Shown here: piece by piece, positions 22,109-30,733 of the stretch
Position numbering within the stretch: the stretch's first letter is position 1
Layout: each line of letters begins with the position of its first letter
DNA from: Gammaproteobacteria bacterium
Lineage (GTDB): Bacteria > Pseudomonadota > Gammaproteobacteria > SURF-13
Direction of reading: 5' to 3'
DNA: 64,000 bases
Assembly (NCBI GenBank): GCA_003599485.1
Contig: QZKM01000025.1
Span: 2,577 to 66,576, forward strand
Notes under the pieces: model-generated
Seen by the model: the letters and a program-made list of their open reading frames with translations, nothing else
Database searches by the model: none
Told to the model about the DNA's origin: nothing
Translations under genes and position numbers: made by a program

Positions 22109-23356
22109 TCATGTTGCAACCTTGGACAACAGATGGCTCACCCTCGCCGATGCGGGCGGGTGCGAGTCGTGGAACGCGGAATACACCGGATCGGGGGTGA
22201 GCGTGTTGGCGTTTTCCTTATACAGCTTGACCAGCGCCTCGGCCAGGGCGCGCGCGTCGCTCTGTTCGGCGGCGAAGTCGTCCGCCTCGAATTCATCCTT
22301 GCGCGAAAGCCAGGCGAACACCGGTTGCAGGAACAGGCTGAACACGGGCGCGACCAGCAGGAACAACATCAGCGCGGTGTAGAGCGACGGCTGTTGCACG
22401 CCGAGGCCGGTGTAAAACCAGTGCTGATTGATCAGCCAGCCGAGCAGCGCCAGGCCGAGCAGACTGAATACCAGGCCCTGGAGCAAGCGTTTTTGCACGT
22501 GCCTGCGCTTGAAGTGCCCCAGTTCATGCGCCAGCACCGCTTCGATCTCGGCGGGCTGCAGTTGACTCATCAGGGTGTCGAAAAACACAATGCGTTTATT
22601 GGCGCCCAGGCCGGTGAAGTAGGCGTTGCCGTGTCCGCTGCGGCGCGAGCCGTCCATGACGAAGACGCCGTTGCTGGTGAAACCGCATTTTTCCAGCAGA
22701 GACTGGATGCGCTGGTTTAGGGCCTCGTCGGTCAAGGGACTGAATTTGTTGAACAACGGCGCGATGAAGGCGGGATAGGCCCACATCATGAGCAGGCCGA
22801 AACCCGACCATGCCAGCCAGACATAAAGCCACCATAGCCCGCCCGATGTTTGCATCAGCCACAGCACCAGCGCGCTGAGCGGCGCACCCAGGGCGAGCAA
22901 CAGCAGTGCCTGCTTGAACAGATCGGCAACAAACAGGCGCGGCGTGGTGCGGTTGAAGCCGAAGCGCTGCTCGATGACAAAGGTGCGATACAGCGAGAAC
23001 GGCAAATCCAGCAGCGCCATGATGGCCACGGTGCTGAGGATAAAGGCGACGCCGGTCGCGAGCGGCCCCCAGGCGAGCGAGCGCCAGAACTGGTCGAGCA
23101 TGTTAAGCCCGCCGCCCAGCGTCCACAAGCCGAGCCACAGCGCCCCCGCCGCCAATTCAATCTGGCCCAGGCTCAGCTTGGCGGCGGTATAGTCGGCGGC
23201 CTTGTGGTGCGTCTCCAGCGGAATCTGCGCGCAGAAGGCGGGCGGCACTTCGGTCCGGTGCGCCATGACATGAACACGCTGGCGCCGGATCAACCAAAGC
23301 TCCACAACCAGTCCCGCCGCCAGTGCTGCAATAAAAATCCAGGTAAAGCTGTTCAT
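22109..23356 (-). CDS. M48 (Ste24-like) membrane zinc metallopeptidase
   Basis: MDGSRRSGHGNAYFTG, HELGH, EFEAD, SHP. Confidence 0.93.
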   Translation of the reverse strand: MNSFTWIFIAALAAGLVVELWLIRRQRVHVMAHRTEVPPAFCAQIPLETHHKAADYTAAKLSLGQIELAAGALWLGLWTLGGGLNMLDQFWRSLAWGPLATGVAFILSTVAIMALLDLPFSLYRTFVIEQRFGFNRTTPRLFVADLFKQALLLLALGAPLSALVLWLMQTSGGLWWLYVWLAWSGFGLLMMWAYPAFIAPLFNKFSPLTDEALNQRIQSLLEKCGFTSNGVFVMDGSRRSGHGNAYFTGLGANKRIVFFDTLMSQLQPAEIEAVLAHELGHFKRRHVQKRLLQGLVFSLLGLALLGWLINQHWFYTGLGVQQPSLYTALMLFLLVAPVFSLFLQPVFAWLSRKDEFEADDFAAEQSDARALAEALVKLYKENANTLTPDPVYSAFHDSHPPASARVSHLLSKVAT

Positions 23357-23434
23357 CCGCGCACCTTAAATCCAGGTGAGTCAGCATAGCGTCTGGTACA
23401 ATGCGCGGCAAGTCCTCTTACAATTAGGAACAAC

Positions 23435-23995
23435 ATGGCGCAAAACCCCAATAACCTGATCTGGATAGACCTGGAGATGACCGGACTGAACACCGACACC
23501 GACCGGATCATTGAAATCGCCACCGTCGTCACCGACGGCGAGTTGAATATCCTTGAAGAAGGGCCTGTGTTCGCCATTCATCAAAGCGAGGAGATACTCG
23601 CCGGCATGGACGACTGGAATACGCAGCAACATAACCAGTCCGGACTGGTGGAGCGCGTGCGCGCCAGCCGGGTCAATGAAATCGAGGCTGAACAAAAGAC
23701 CCTGGAATTCCTGCAAAAACACGTGCCGCGCAACAAGTCGCCCATGTGCGGCAACAGCATCTGCCAGGACCGGCGCTTTTTATACCGCGCCATGCCAGAC
23801 CTGGAAAAATACTTCCACTACCGTAATCTGGACGTGAGCACGGTCAAGGAATTGGTCAAGCGCTGGGCGCCTGCGCTTGCCGACGGCTTTGTGAAAACTC
23901 CCGCGCACCTCGCCCTTGAAGACGTGCACGATTCGATACGCGAGCTTAAATATTACCGCGACCTGTTCTTCAAGCTCCCCGGAGCGCAGCAATAA
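23435..23995 (+). CDS. orn: Oligoribonuclease
   Basis: [32 protein letters not shown]. Confidence 0.97.
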   Translation: MAQNPNNLIWIDLEMTGLNTDTDRIIEIATVVTDGELNILEEGPVFAIHQSEEILAGMDDWNTQQHNQSGLVERVRASRVNEIEAEQKTLEFLQKHVPRNKSPMCGNSICQDRRFLYRAMPDLEKYFHYRNLDVSTVKELVKRWAPALADGFVKTPAHLALEDVHDSIRELKYYRDLFFKLPGAQQ

Positions 23996-24013
23996 ATCCG
24001 CCTTCCTCATGAC

Positions 24014-25018
24014 GTGAGCCGGCAAACAGATCAGCCCCTGCGTGTCATGTTTGGCGGCGATGTCATGCTGGGACGCATCGTGGCGCAATACATCGGCACT
24101 CACGGCGCGGACTATCCTCTCGGCGGAATCGCCGCGCTGATGCGCGCGGCGGACGTGACCGTGGTCAATCTGGAGTGCGCCATCACGTCGTCCACACAGC
24201 CATGGCGCGGCGCGCCCAAGGCGTTTTATTTCGGCGCCCCGCCCGAGGCCGCGCAGTCCCTTGAAAATGCTGGGGTGGACCTTGTGAGCCTCGCCAATAA
24301 CCACACCCTGGATTTCAACACCGAGGGTCTGCATGACACACTGCGCCATCTGGACGCGCACGGCATTGCCCACGCCGGGGCCGGGGCAGATAAACACGCG
24401 GCGCAGGCGCCGGCCTGCGTTGAGCGCGGGGGCGTCAAGTTCGGCATGGTGGCCTACTGTGACCATCAGGAAGACTTCGCCGCCGGAGACAATCAGCCGG
24501 GCATCGCCTATCTGGACCTGACGGATGAACAGCGCACGCTGGCGGAGATAGGCAAGGCGTGCAGCGCGCTGCGCGATAACGGCGTGCACTGGCCCATCCT
24601 GTCGCTGCACTGGGGATCGAACTGGGCGGAGCGCCCTTCAAGATATTTCGTAAAGCTGGCGCGCGCTGCGATAGACATGGGCTATGGCGTTGTCTTCGGC
24701 CATAGCGCTCATCTATTTCAGGGCATCGAGATTTACCGCGGCCGTCCGATCCTTTACGCCGCGGGTGATCTGGTGGACGATTATTATGTTGACCCCGGCT
24801 TTCGCAACGACCACCAACTGCTGTTCGAATTAGAACTCACGCGCGCCTCGCTCCTGCGCATCAACCTTTATCCGGTCTTTATCGGCCAGTGCCGAACCGA
24901 GCACGCCGCGGGAGAGCAGTTTGACTACATCGCGCGGCGCATCATGCGCCTGTGCGCGGAGTTCGGCACGGAAGTGCAGCGCACGGAGCACAAACTTTGG
25001 ATACACTGCGCCGCATGA
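24014..25018 (+). CDS. CapA/PgsA-family metallophosphoesterase, no obvious signal peptide
   Basis: GDVMLGR, NLECAI, LANNHTLDF, HWG, GHSAH. Confidence 0.88.
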   Translation: MSRQTDQPLRVMFGGDVMLGRIVAQYIGTHGADYPLGGIAALMRAADVTVVNLECAITSSTQPWRGAPKAFYFGAPPEAAQSLENAGVDLVSLANNHTLDFNTEGLHDTLRHLDAHGIAHAGAGADKHAAQAPACVERGGVKFGMVAYCDHQEDFAAGDNQPGIAYLDLTDEQRTLAEIGKACSALRDNGVHWPILSLHWGSNWAERPSRYFVKLARAAIDMGYGVVFGHSAHLFQGIEIYRGRPILYAAGDLVDDYYVDPGFRNDHQLLFELELTRASLLRINLYPVFIGQCRTEHAAGEQFDYIARRIMRLCAEFGTEVQRTEHKLWIHCAA

Positions 25019-25044
25019 ATCCAGCCGGCGCCTGACGGCGGGCG

Positions 25045-25593
25045 TCAGCCGGCAAGGTGGTGCTTGCCGACGGTCACCAATTTCGCTTGCGGCCCTTCCT
25101 CGCCCTGTTCTTCGATATACAACACCTCGGCGCCGATCTTCAGGTGGTCGAACGGCGGATGCACCGCGCTGTTGCGATGAAAATAAATCTGCTCGCCGTC
25201 CAGCGTTTCGATAAAACCGTAGCCCTCCTCCGGGAACAGTTTGATAACGCGCCCGTGGTGATGCTCCTCATGCGTCTTCACGTCGCTGCGCTGCTGGCGC
25301 GCGTAATCCTCCAATTGGCGGCCGGCGGCGTTAAACGCATCGCGCAGCGCCACGTACACATCCTCATCCGGCTGGCGGTTCACCGCGATCTCGCCGCCCG
25401 GCACGGTAATGTCAATGCGTACATTGTAGAGCTTGCCTTGATGATGATGTTTCTGGGGGATATCCACCACCACCCGGCAGCCCATGATGCGGTCATAAAA
25501 CGATTCCAGTTTTTGCACCTTTTGCCGGATACGCGCCTCCACGGCCGGTGAAGGGGGCATGTCGCGAAAGGTAATTTGCAGCGGAATCTGCAT
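25045..25593 (-). CDS. HPF/RaiA ribosome hibernation domain fused to a cold-shock domain
   Basis: MQIPLQITFR...YVALRDAFNAAGRQL (S30AE/HPF) followed by GYGFI...IYFH (CSD RNP1/RNP2). Confidence 0.88.
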   Translation of the reverse strand: MQIPLQITFRDMPPSPAVEARIRQKVQKLESFYDRIMGCRVVVDIPQKHHHQGKLYNVRIDITVPGGEIAVNRQPDEDVYVALRDAFNAAGRQLEDYARQQRSDVKTHEEHHHGRVIKLFPEEGYGFIETLDGEQIYFHRNSAVHPPFDHLKIGAEVLYIEEQGEEGPQAKLVTVGKHHLAG

Positions 25594-25650
25594 GGCGTCA
25601 CTCCTTGTTCTTGACGCGTTCACTTTAAGACGAAAAGACCTCGCCAATCT

Positions 25651-25664
25651 TTGATCTAGCGCAA
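25651..25664. promoter_or_regulatory. FNR-type box between hpf-csd and rtcA (divergent promoters)
   Basis: TTGATCTAGCGCAA; -10 TAAAGT (25627-25622, minus) and TAAAAT (25686-25691, plus) at class II spacing. Confidence 0.7.
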
Positions 25665-25696
25665 GGTTTGCATTTGGGTATTTTTTAAAATCCACT

Positions 25697-26728
25697 ATGC
25701 ATGAGATTGACGGTTCTTACGGGGAAGGCGGGGGACAGTTGGTCCGCACGGCGGTGGCGCTCTCCGCCATGACCGGCAAGGCGATTGCGCTGCATAATAT
25801 CCGCGCGCGGCGTCCCAGGCCCGGGCTCGCCGCCCAGCACCTCACCGCGGTGCGCGCGGTGGCGGCCTTGTGCCGCGCGGAAATCACCGGCCTGGAATTG
25901 GGCGCGCGCGAGTTCACCTTCCGCCCCGGCGGACTGCAGGGGGGGCATTTCGACTTCAACGTGGGTACGGCGGGGAGCGTAATCCTGGTTTTACAAGCGG
26001 CGCTGCCGGCCGCCTTTGCCTGCGGCGCGCCGATACACCTGCGCCTTACCGGCGGCACCGACGTCAAGGCCGCTCCACCCCTGGATTATTTCCGTTACGT
26101 GCTGTTGCCGCTGCTGGCGAAGATGGGGCTGTCCGTGAACGTCACCGTGCTGCGCCGCGGCTACTATCCGCGGGGCGGCGGCGAAATCGAGGTGTCACTG
26201 CCGCCGGTGAAAGAGTTGCGCCCGCTGTGTATGGACACGGCGGGCGCCGCGTATGAAATCGAGGGCATTATTCATACCGCCAATCTGCCCGGGCATATCG
26301 CCGAACGCATGCGGCAAGCGGCGCTACGCAAGCTGCAGGATTTTGGGAATACCCACATTGACTGCCAACGGCTGGGCCGCAACGAGGCCATGGGACAAGG
26401 CGGCGCCATTGTCCTCTGGGCGCGCACGCCTTGGGTGCTGCTGGGCGCGGCTGCCACCGCCGAGCGTGGCGTGCCCGCGGAACGCATCGGGGAGGAAGCC
26501 GCTCAGGCCCTGAGTGATGAAATCAGCGCCGGCGCGACGCTGGATATTCACGCCTCCGACCAGTTACTGATCTATCTCGCCCTGGCGCAGGGGGCGTCGC
26601 GCCTGCTGCTGCGCAACTTCACCCCGCACGCGCAAACCACGCTGTGGCTGCTGCGGCAATTTCTGCCGCTGCGCTTTCAAACCACGCAAAGAGGAGAGCT
26701 TACATGCCTGGACCTCATTCCGCGCTGA
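25697..26728 (+). CDS. rtcA: RNA 3'-terminal phosphate cyclase
   Basis: IDGSYGEGGGQLVRTA, RPRPGLAAQHL, GGTD, RGYYPRGGG, DIHASDQL. Confidence 0.96.
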   Translation: MHEIDGSYGEGGGQLVRTAVALSAMTGKAIALHNIRARRPRPGLAAQHLTAVRAVAALCRAEITGLELGAREFTFRPGGLQGGHFDFNVGTAGSVILVLQAALPAAFACGAPIHLRLTGGTDVKAAPPLDYFRYVLLPLLAKMGLSVNVTVLRRGYYPRGGGEIEVSLPPVKELRPLCMDTAGAAYEIEGIIHTANLPGHIAERMRQAALRKLQDFGNTHIDCQRLGRNEAMGQGGAIVLWARTPWVLLGAAATAERGVPAERIGEEAAQALSDEISAGATLDIHASDQLLIYLALAQGASRLLLRNFTPHAQTTLWLLRQFLPLRFQTTQRGELTCLDLIPR

Positions 26729-26871
26729 TTGCCATCATTACGCGGCCGCACTACAATACAATCATCTGCGCCGCATGTGAGGTTAATGTCATGTCTGGTT
26801 TAGCGCGGCTCCCCGTTCAGGACAAATTTGTTCCTTGCCCTCTGTACAAAGTCTTGGAGATTTAAGAGAGG

Positions 26872-28176
26872 ATGGCCATGAAAAAAACCAAAGCCACGGC
26901 ATTTCATATTCCCAGTGTGACGCATGGTATTCCGGCTTACGAACCCGCCGGCCAGGACTCTCCTCCCACCACGCCGGAACGCTGGCTTGCGCGTAAATTA
27001 TTGGTGCTCGCCGGCAGCCCGCCACTGCGCTTGGTGCTGTGGAATGGCGAGGAAATAACCGCATCCAGCGCGCGCATCCTTGCCACCATGCGCATCCGTC
27101 ACCGCACGGCGCTTTACAAGCTGTTCATCAATCCCAATCTCCATTTCGGCGACCTCTACACGGCTGGCAGCATCGAGGTGGAAGGCGATTTCGTTGAGTT
27201 CCTGGAGGCCGTCTATCGCGCGTCGGCCTCGAAATTCCCCCTGCTCAGGAAAATTCAGACATCTTTGTTCAATCGCCCGCGCTCCAACACGCTGTCCGGT
27301 TCCTCCACCAACATTCATCATCACTACGACCTGAGCAATGAGTTTTACCAACTGTGGCTGGACAAGGAGATGCAGTACACCTGCGCCTACTTTCCCTCTC
27401 CCGCCATGACGCTGGAACAGGCCCAATTCGCCAAGATGGATCACGTGTGCCGCAAGCTGCGCCTGCGGCCCGGCGAGCGTGTGGTTGAGGCCGGCTGCGG
27501 CTGGGGCGGATTGGCGCGCCACATGGCGCGCCATTATGGGGTGACGGTGCGCTCCTATAACATTTCCAGGGAGCAAATCCGCTACGCGCGCGAGCGCGCC
27601 AGGGCCGAGGGCTTGAGCGGGGTCGAGTACATCGAGGACGATTACCGCAATATCTCCGGCAAGTACGATGCGTTCGTGTCAGTGGGCATGCTGGAACACG
27701 TCGGCTTGAATCATTACCGCGGGCTGGGAGGCGTCATTCACCGCTCGCTTACGGATCACGGGCGTGGCCTGATTCACTCCATCGGACGCAACCACCCGGA
27801 ATTGATGAACGCCTGGATTGAAAAACGCATCTTCCCAGGCGCCTATCCGCCCACGCTTGGTGAAATGATGGATATTTTCGAGCCGCACGACTTTTCCGTG
27901 CTCGACGTGGAAAACCTGCGTTTACATTACGCCAAGACGCTTGAGCATTGGCTGTTGCGTTTCGAACAGCACACTGCGACCGTGGAAAACATGTTCGACA
28001 GGCATTTCGTGCGTGCCTGGCGGCTTTATCTCGCCGGCTCGCTGGCCGCCTTCAGCACCGGCTGCCTGCAGCTTTTTCAGGTGGTCTTTACGCGCGGCGC
28101 CGACAACCAAATTCCCTGGTCGCGCGCCCATCTTTATGAAACCAACCCTCCCAGCCAGTCCGTCAAGGCAGCTTGA
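26872..28176 (+). CDS. Cyclopropane-fatty-acyl-phospholipid synthase family methyltransferase
   Basis: NIHHHYDLSNEFY, YTCAYF, EAGCGWG, SVGMLEHVG, IFPG, HYAKTL. Confidence 0.92.
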   Translation: MAMKKTKATAFHIPSVTHGIPAYEPAGQDSPPTTPERWLARKLLVLAGSPPLRLVLWNGEEITASSARILATMRIRHRTALYKLFINPNLHFGDLYTAGSIEVEGDFVEFLEAVYRASASKFPLLRKIQTSLFNRPRSNTLSGSSTNIHHHYDLSNEFYQLWLDKEMQYTCAYFPSPAMTLEQAQFAKMDHVCRKLRLRPGERVVEAGCGWGGLARHMARHYGVTVRSYNISREQIRYARERARAEGLSGVEYIEDDYRNISGKYDAFVSVGMLEHVGLNHYRGLGGVIHRSLTDHGRGLIHSIGRNHPELMNAWIEKRIFPGAYPPTLGEMMDIFEPHDFSVLDVENLRLHYAKTLEHWLLRFEQHTATVENMFDRHFVRAWRLYLAGSLAAFSTGCLQLFQVVFTRGADNQIPWSRAHLYETNPPSQSVKAA

Positions 28177-28181
28177 GCCCC

Positions 28182-29300
28182 ATGCGATGTCATGATGCAG
28201 TCATCCTGGGCGGCGGTCCGGGCGGCTCCACCGCGGCCTGGAAGCTCAAGCGCGCCGGCCTGGACGTAGTGGTGCTGGATAAAAAAACCTTCCCGCGCGA
28301 CAAGGTGTGCGCAGGCTGGATCACGCCCAAGGTGGTGGATGCGCTGGAACTTGATCTGGATGATTATCGCACGGGCCGCGTACTGCAATCCTTCACCGGT
28401 TTCCGCACCAGTTGCCTGGATCAGGACGAGGTAGAAACAGTCTATGGCGAACCGGTGAGCTACGGCATACGCCGCTGCGAGTTCGACCACTACCTGCTGC
28501 AACGTTCCGGCGCGCAACTCAAACTCGGCGAACCGTTGCAATCACTGCGGCGCGAAAACGGCGAATGGGTTATCAATGAATCGCTGCGCGCGCCTCTCCT
28601 GATCGGCGCGGGCGGGCACTTCTGTCCGGTGGCGCGCCACCTGGGCGCCAGGCTGGGCAGCGCTGAATCCGTAGTCGCCGCGCAGGAAATCGAGTTCGCC
28701 ATGAACGAGCGCCAGATGCAGCAGTGCCGCGTGGCGCAGGAAACGCCGGAGTTATTTTTCTGCGCCGACCTCAAGGGTTACGGGTGGGCGGTGCGCAAGG
28801 GAAACTATCTCAATATAGGCCTGGGGCGCGAAGACAACCACAAGCTATCCACGCATGTGGAGGCGTTCTGCGCATTCCTTAAACAGCAGGGCAAGATTCC
28901 GCACGATATCCCGGATCATTTCAACGGTCACGCCTATCTGCTGTACGCCCACACGCCAAGAAAAATCGTCGCGGACGGCGCGCTGCTCATCGGTGACGCC
29001 GCCGGGCTTGCCTATCCGCAGAGCGGCGAAGGCATACTGCCCGCGATCGAGTCCGCCCTGCTGGCTGCGGATGTTATCCTCGCTGCCCACGGCGACTACC
29101 GGCTCGACAGGCTGGCGCCCTATGAAACAAGGCTCACGGCGCGTTTCGGCGAGCGTAAAGATCAAGCCACGCCCGGCGCCGTCATTGAAAAACTGAAACA
29201 GGCGATTGGGCGCAGGCTCCTCACCACACGGTGGTTTGCGCGCCACGTGGTGCTGGATCGCTGGTTCCTGCACAGCAGCCTGCCTCCTCTATATCCCTGA
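28182..29300 (+). CDS. Geranylgeranyl-reductase-like FAD-dependent oxidoreductase
   Basis: GGGPGG, FPRDKVCAG, RCEFD, GYGW, GDAAG, GEGI. Confidence 0.85.
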   Translation: MRCHDAVILGGGPGGSTAAWKLKRAGLDVVVLDKKTFPRDKVCAGWITPKVVDALELDLDDYRTGRVLQSFTGFRTSCLDQDEVETVYGEPVSYGIRRCEFDHYLLQRSGAQLKLGEPLQSLRRENGEWVINESLRAPLLIGAGGHFCPVARHLGARLGSAESVVAAQEIEFAMNERQMQQCRVAQETPELFFCADLKGYGWAVRKGNYLNIGLGREDNHKLSTHVEAFCAFLKQQGKIPHDIPDHFNGHAYLLYAHTPRKIVADGALLIGDAAGLAYPQSGEGILPAIESALLAADVILAAHGDYRLDRLAPYETRLTARFGERKDQATPGAVIEKLKQAIGRRLLTTRWFARHVVLDRWFLHSSLPPLYP

Positions 29301-29305
29301 CAGAT

Positions 29306-29965
29306 TCAGGCCGTAGCGAACAGCGCCGCATCGCCTTGCAGGCTGTTTTTGTTATTACGCGCGCGCAGCATGGTCCAGTAATCGAAGAGATTGACCGGCG
29401 TTTGCTCAACAACATCGAGGCCGGTCTGATCCAGAAAATTTTCCAGGGAAAAATCCGGGCGGAAGCCCAGCAACCTGGACAGCGGCGCGATCAGCCGCTC
29501 CACGCCCCCTACCACGGGGTTGCTGTGCTGGAAGTGATTCACGATATACAGTTCGCCCTCCGGCCTGCATACGCGGCGCATTTCATCCACCAGGCGCGCG
29601 GGATGGGGCACCACGGAAGCCACATACATCGCCACCACCTTGTCGAAACTGTCATCGGCAAAACGCATCTGTTCCGCGTTCATCTTGTGCAATGCCGTGA
29701 CATGATGCAAACCCTCTCCTTCGACACGCGCCCTGGCGCGCGCCAGCATCTCGTCAGAAACGTCTATGCCGGTGACATGCACATCGCGCGGGTAAAGCGG
29801 CAGGGACAGCCCCGTTCCGACGCCCACTTCCAGGATGCGCTCTCCGGGCCGGCAGTTCATCTGCTCGATGACTGCGCGCCGCCCCGGCTCGAACAACGCG
29901 CCGAAATAAAAATCGTAACGCTGTGCGTAGCGCCGGTACACCTTCTCGACGGACTGTATATCCAT
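29306..29965 (-). CDS. Class I SAM methyltransferase, phospholipid N-methyltransferase (PmtA)-like
   Basis: YRRYAQRYD, LEVGVGTG, AMYVASVVP, IVNHF. Confidence 0.8.
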   Translation of the reverse strand: MDIQSVEKVYRRYAQRYDFYFGALFEPGRRAVIEQMNCRPGERILEVGVGTGLSLPLYPRDVHVTGIDVSDEMLARARARVEGEGLHHVTALHKMNAEQMRFADDSFDKVVAMYVASVVPHPARLVDEMRRVCRPEGELYIVNHFQHSNPVVGGVERLIAPLSRLLGFRPDFSLENFLDQTGLDVVEQTPVNLFDYWTMLRARNNKNSLQGDAALFATA

Positions 29966-30041
29966 GCAGGATACCTCACGGTTGCAGCTTCAAATACATT
30001 TTGCGCAAAAGCCGTTGCGCAGGCAAGCACATATTCATGCT

Positions 30042-30731
30042 TTAACGCACGGCACATTCGCCCACGTCGTTTTTTAACATTCCGCACAGGCGGCGCAGAT
30101 AGTCTTCCTCATACGTGGTGCGGTCAAGAAAGGAAGCGTCGAGCACTTTGTCCGGTAGAAACTTTTGCAGCACGTAACGCCGGGCCCCTTTTATCAGTTT
30201 TCCTATCGCCAGAATGTCCTGTTCGTCGAGTTGTGATTTAACCACGGTGGTCCTGAATTCACAGGGTACGCCGGAACCCATGATTAATGCAATGCTGGCG
30301 GCGATTCTGCGCGTATCAATGTTTATATTGATGACGTCCCGGTATTTTTCAAGCGGGGCCTTTATGTCCATGGCGATATAGTCCACCCGCTTCCGGTCAA
30401 TTATTTCCTTCAGCATCTCCGGATTGACGCCGTTGGTATCAAGCTTCACCAGGAAACCGAGTTCCTTCACCTTGCGGATGAACCCCGGCAGATCGGCTTG
30501 CCAGGTCGGCTCGCCTCCAGTGATGGTGACGGCGTCCAGCCTGCCGCGGCGTCCGCGCAAAAAGGCGAGAACCTCCTGCTCCGGAATCAGTTCCGCATAA
30601 CGCTCAGGCAGCACGAGCTCCGCATTGTAGCAATAGCCGCAGCGGAAATCACACCCGCGCGTAAATATTACGGCGCAGATTTCGCCGGGGTAATCTATCA
30701 AGGAAACTTTCTGCAATCCCCCGATGTTCAT
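30042..30731 (-). CDS. nrdG: Anaerobic RNR activating radical-SAM protein
   Basis: SLIDYPG, CDFRCGYCYN, GGEP, KLDTNG, EFRTT; directly after nrdD. Confidence 0.9.
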   Translation of the reverse strand: MNIGGLQKVSLIDYPGEICAVIFTRGCDFRCGYCYNAELVLPERYAELIPEQEVLAFLRGRRGRLDAVTITGGEPTWQADLPGFIRKVKELGFLVKLDTNGVNPEMLKEIIDRKRVDYIAMDIKAPLEKYRDVININIDTRRIAASIALIMGSGVPCEFRTTVVKSQLDEQDILAIGKLIKGARRYVLQKFLPDKVLDASFLDRTTYEEDYLRRLCGMLKNDVGECAVR

Positions 30732-30733
30732 CG

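Noticed and set aside
29999-30010. Palindrome TTTTGCGCAAAA upstream of the PmtA-like gene
   Set aside because: Single short palindrome with no second copy or identifiable regulator, and it does not match the FNR box.
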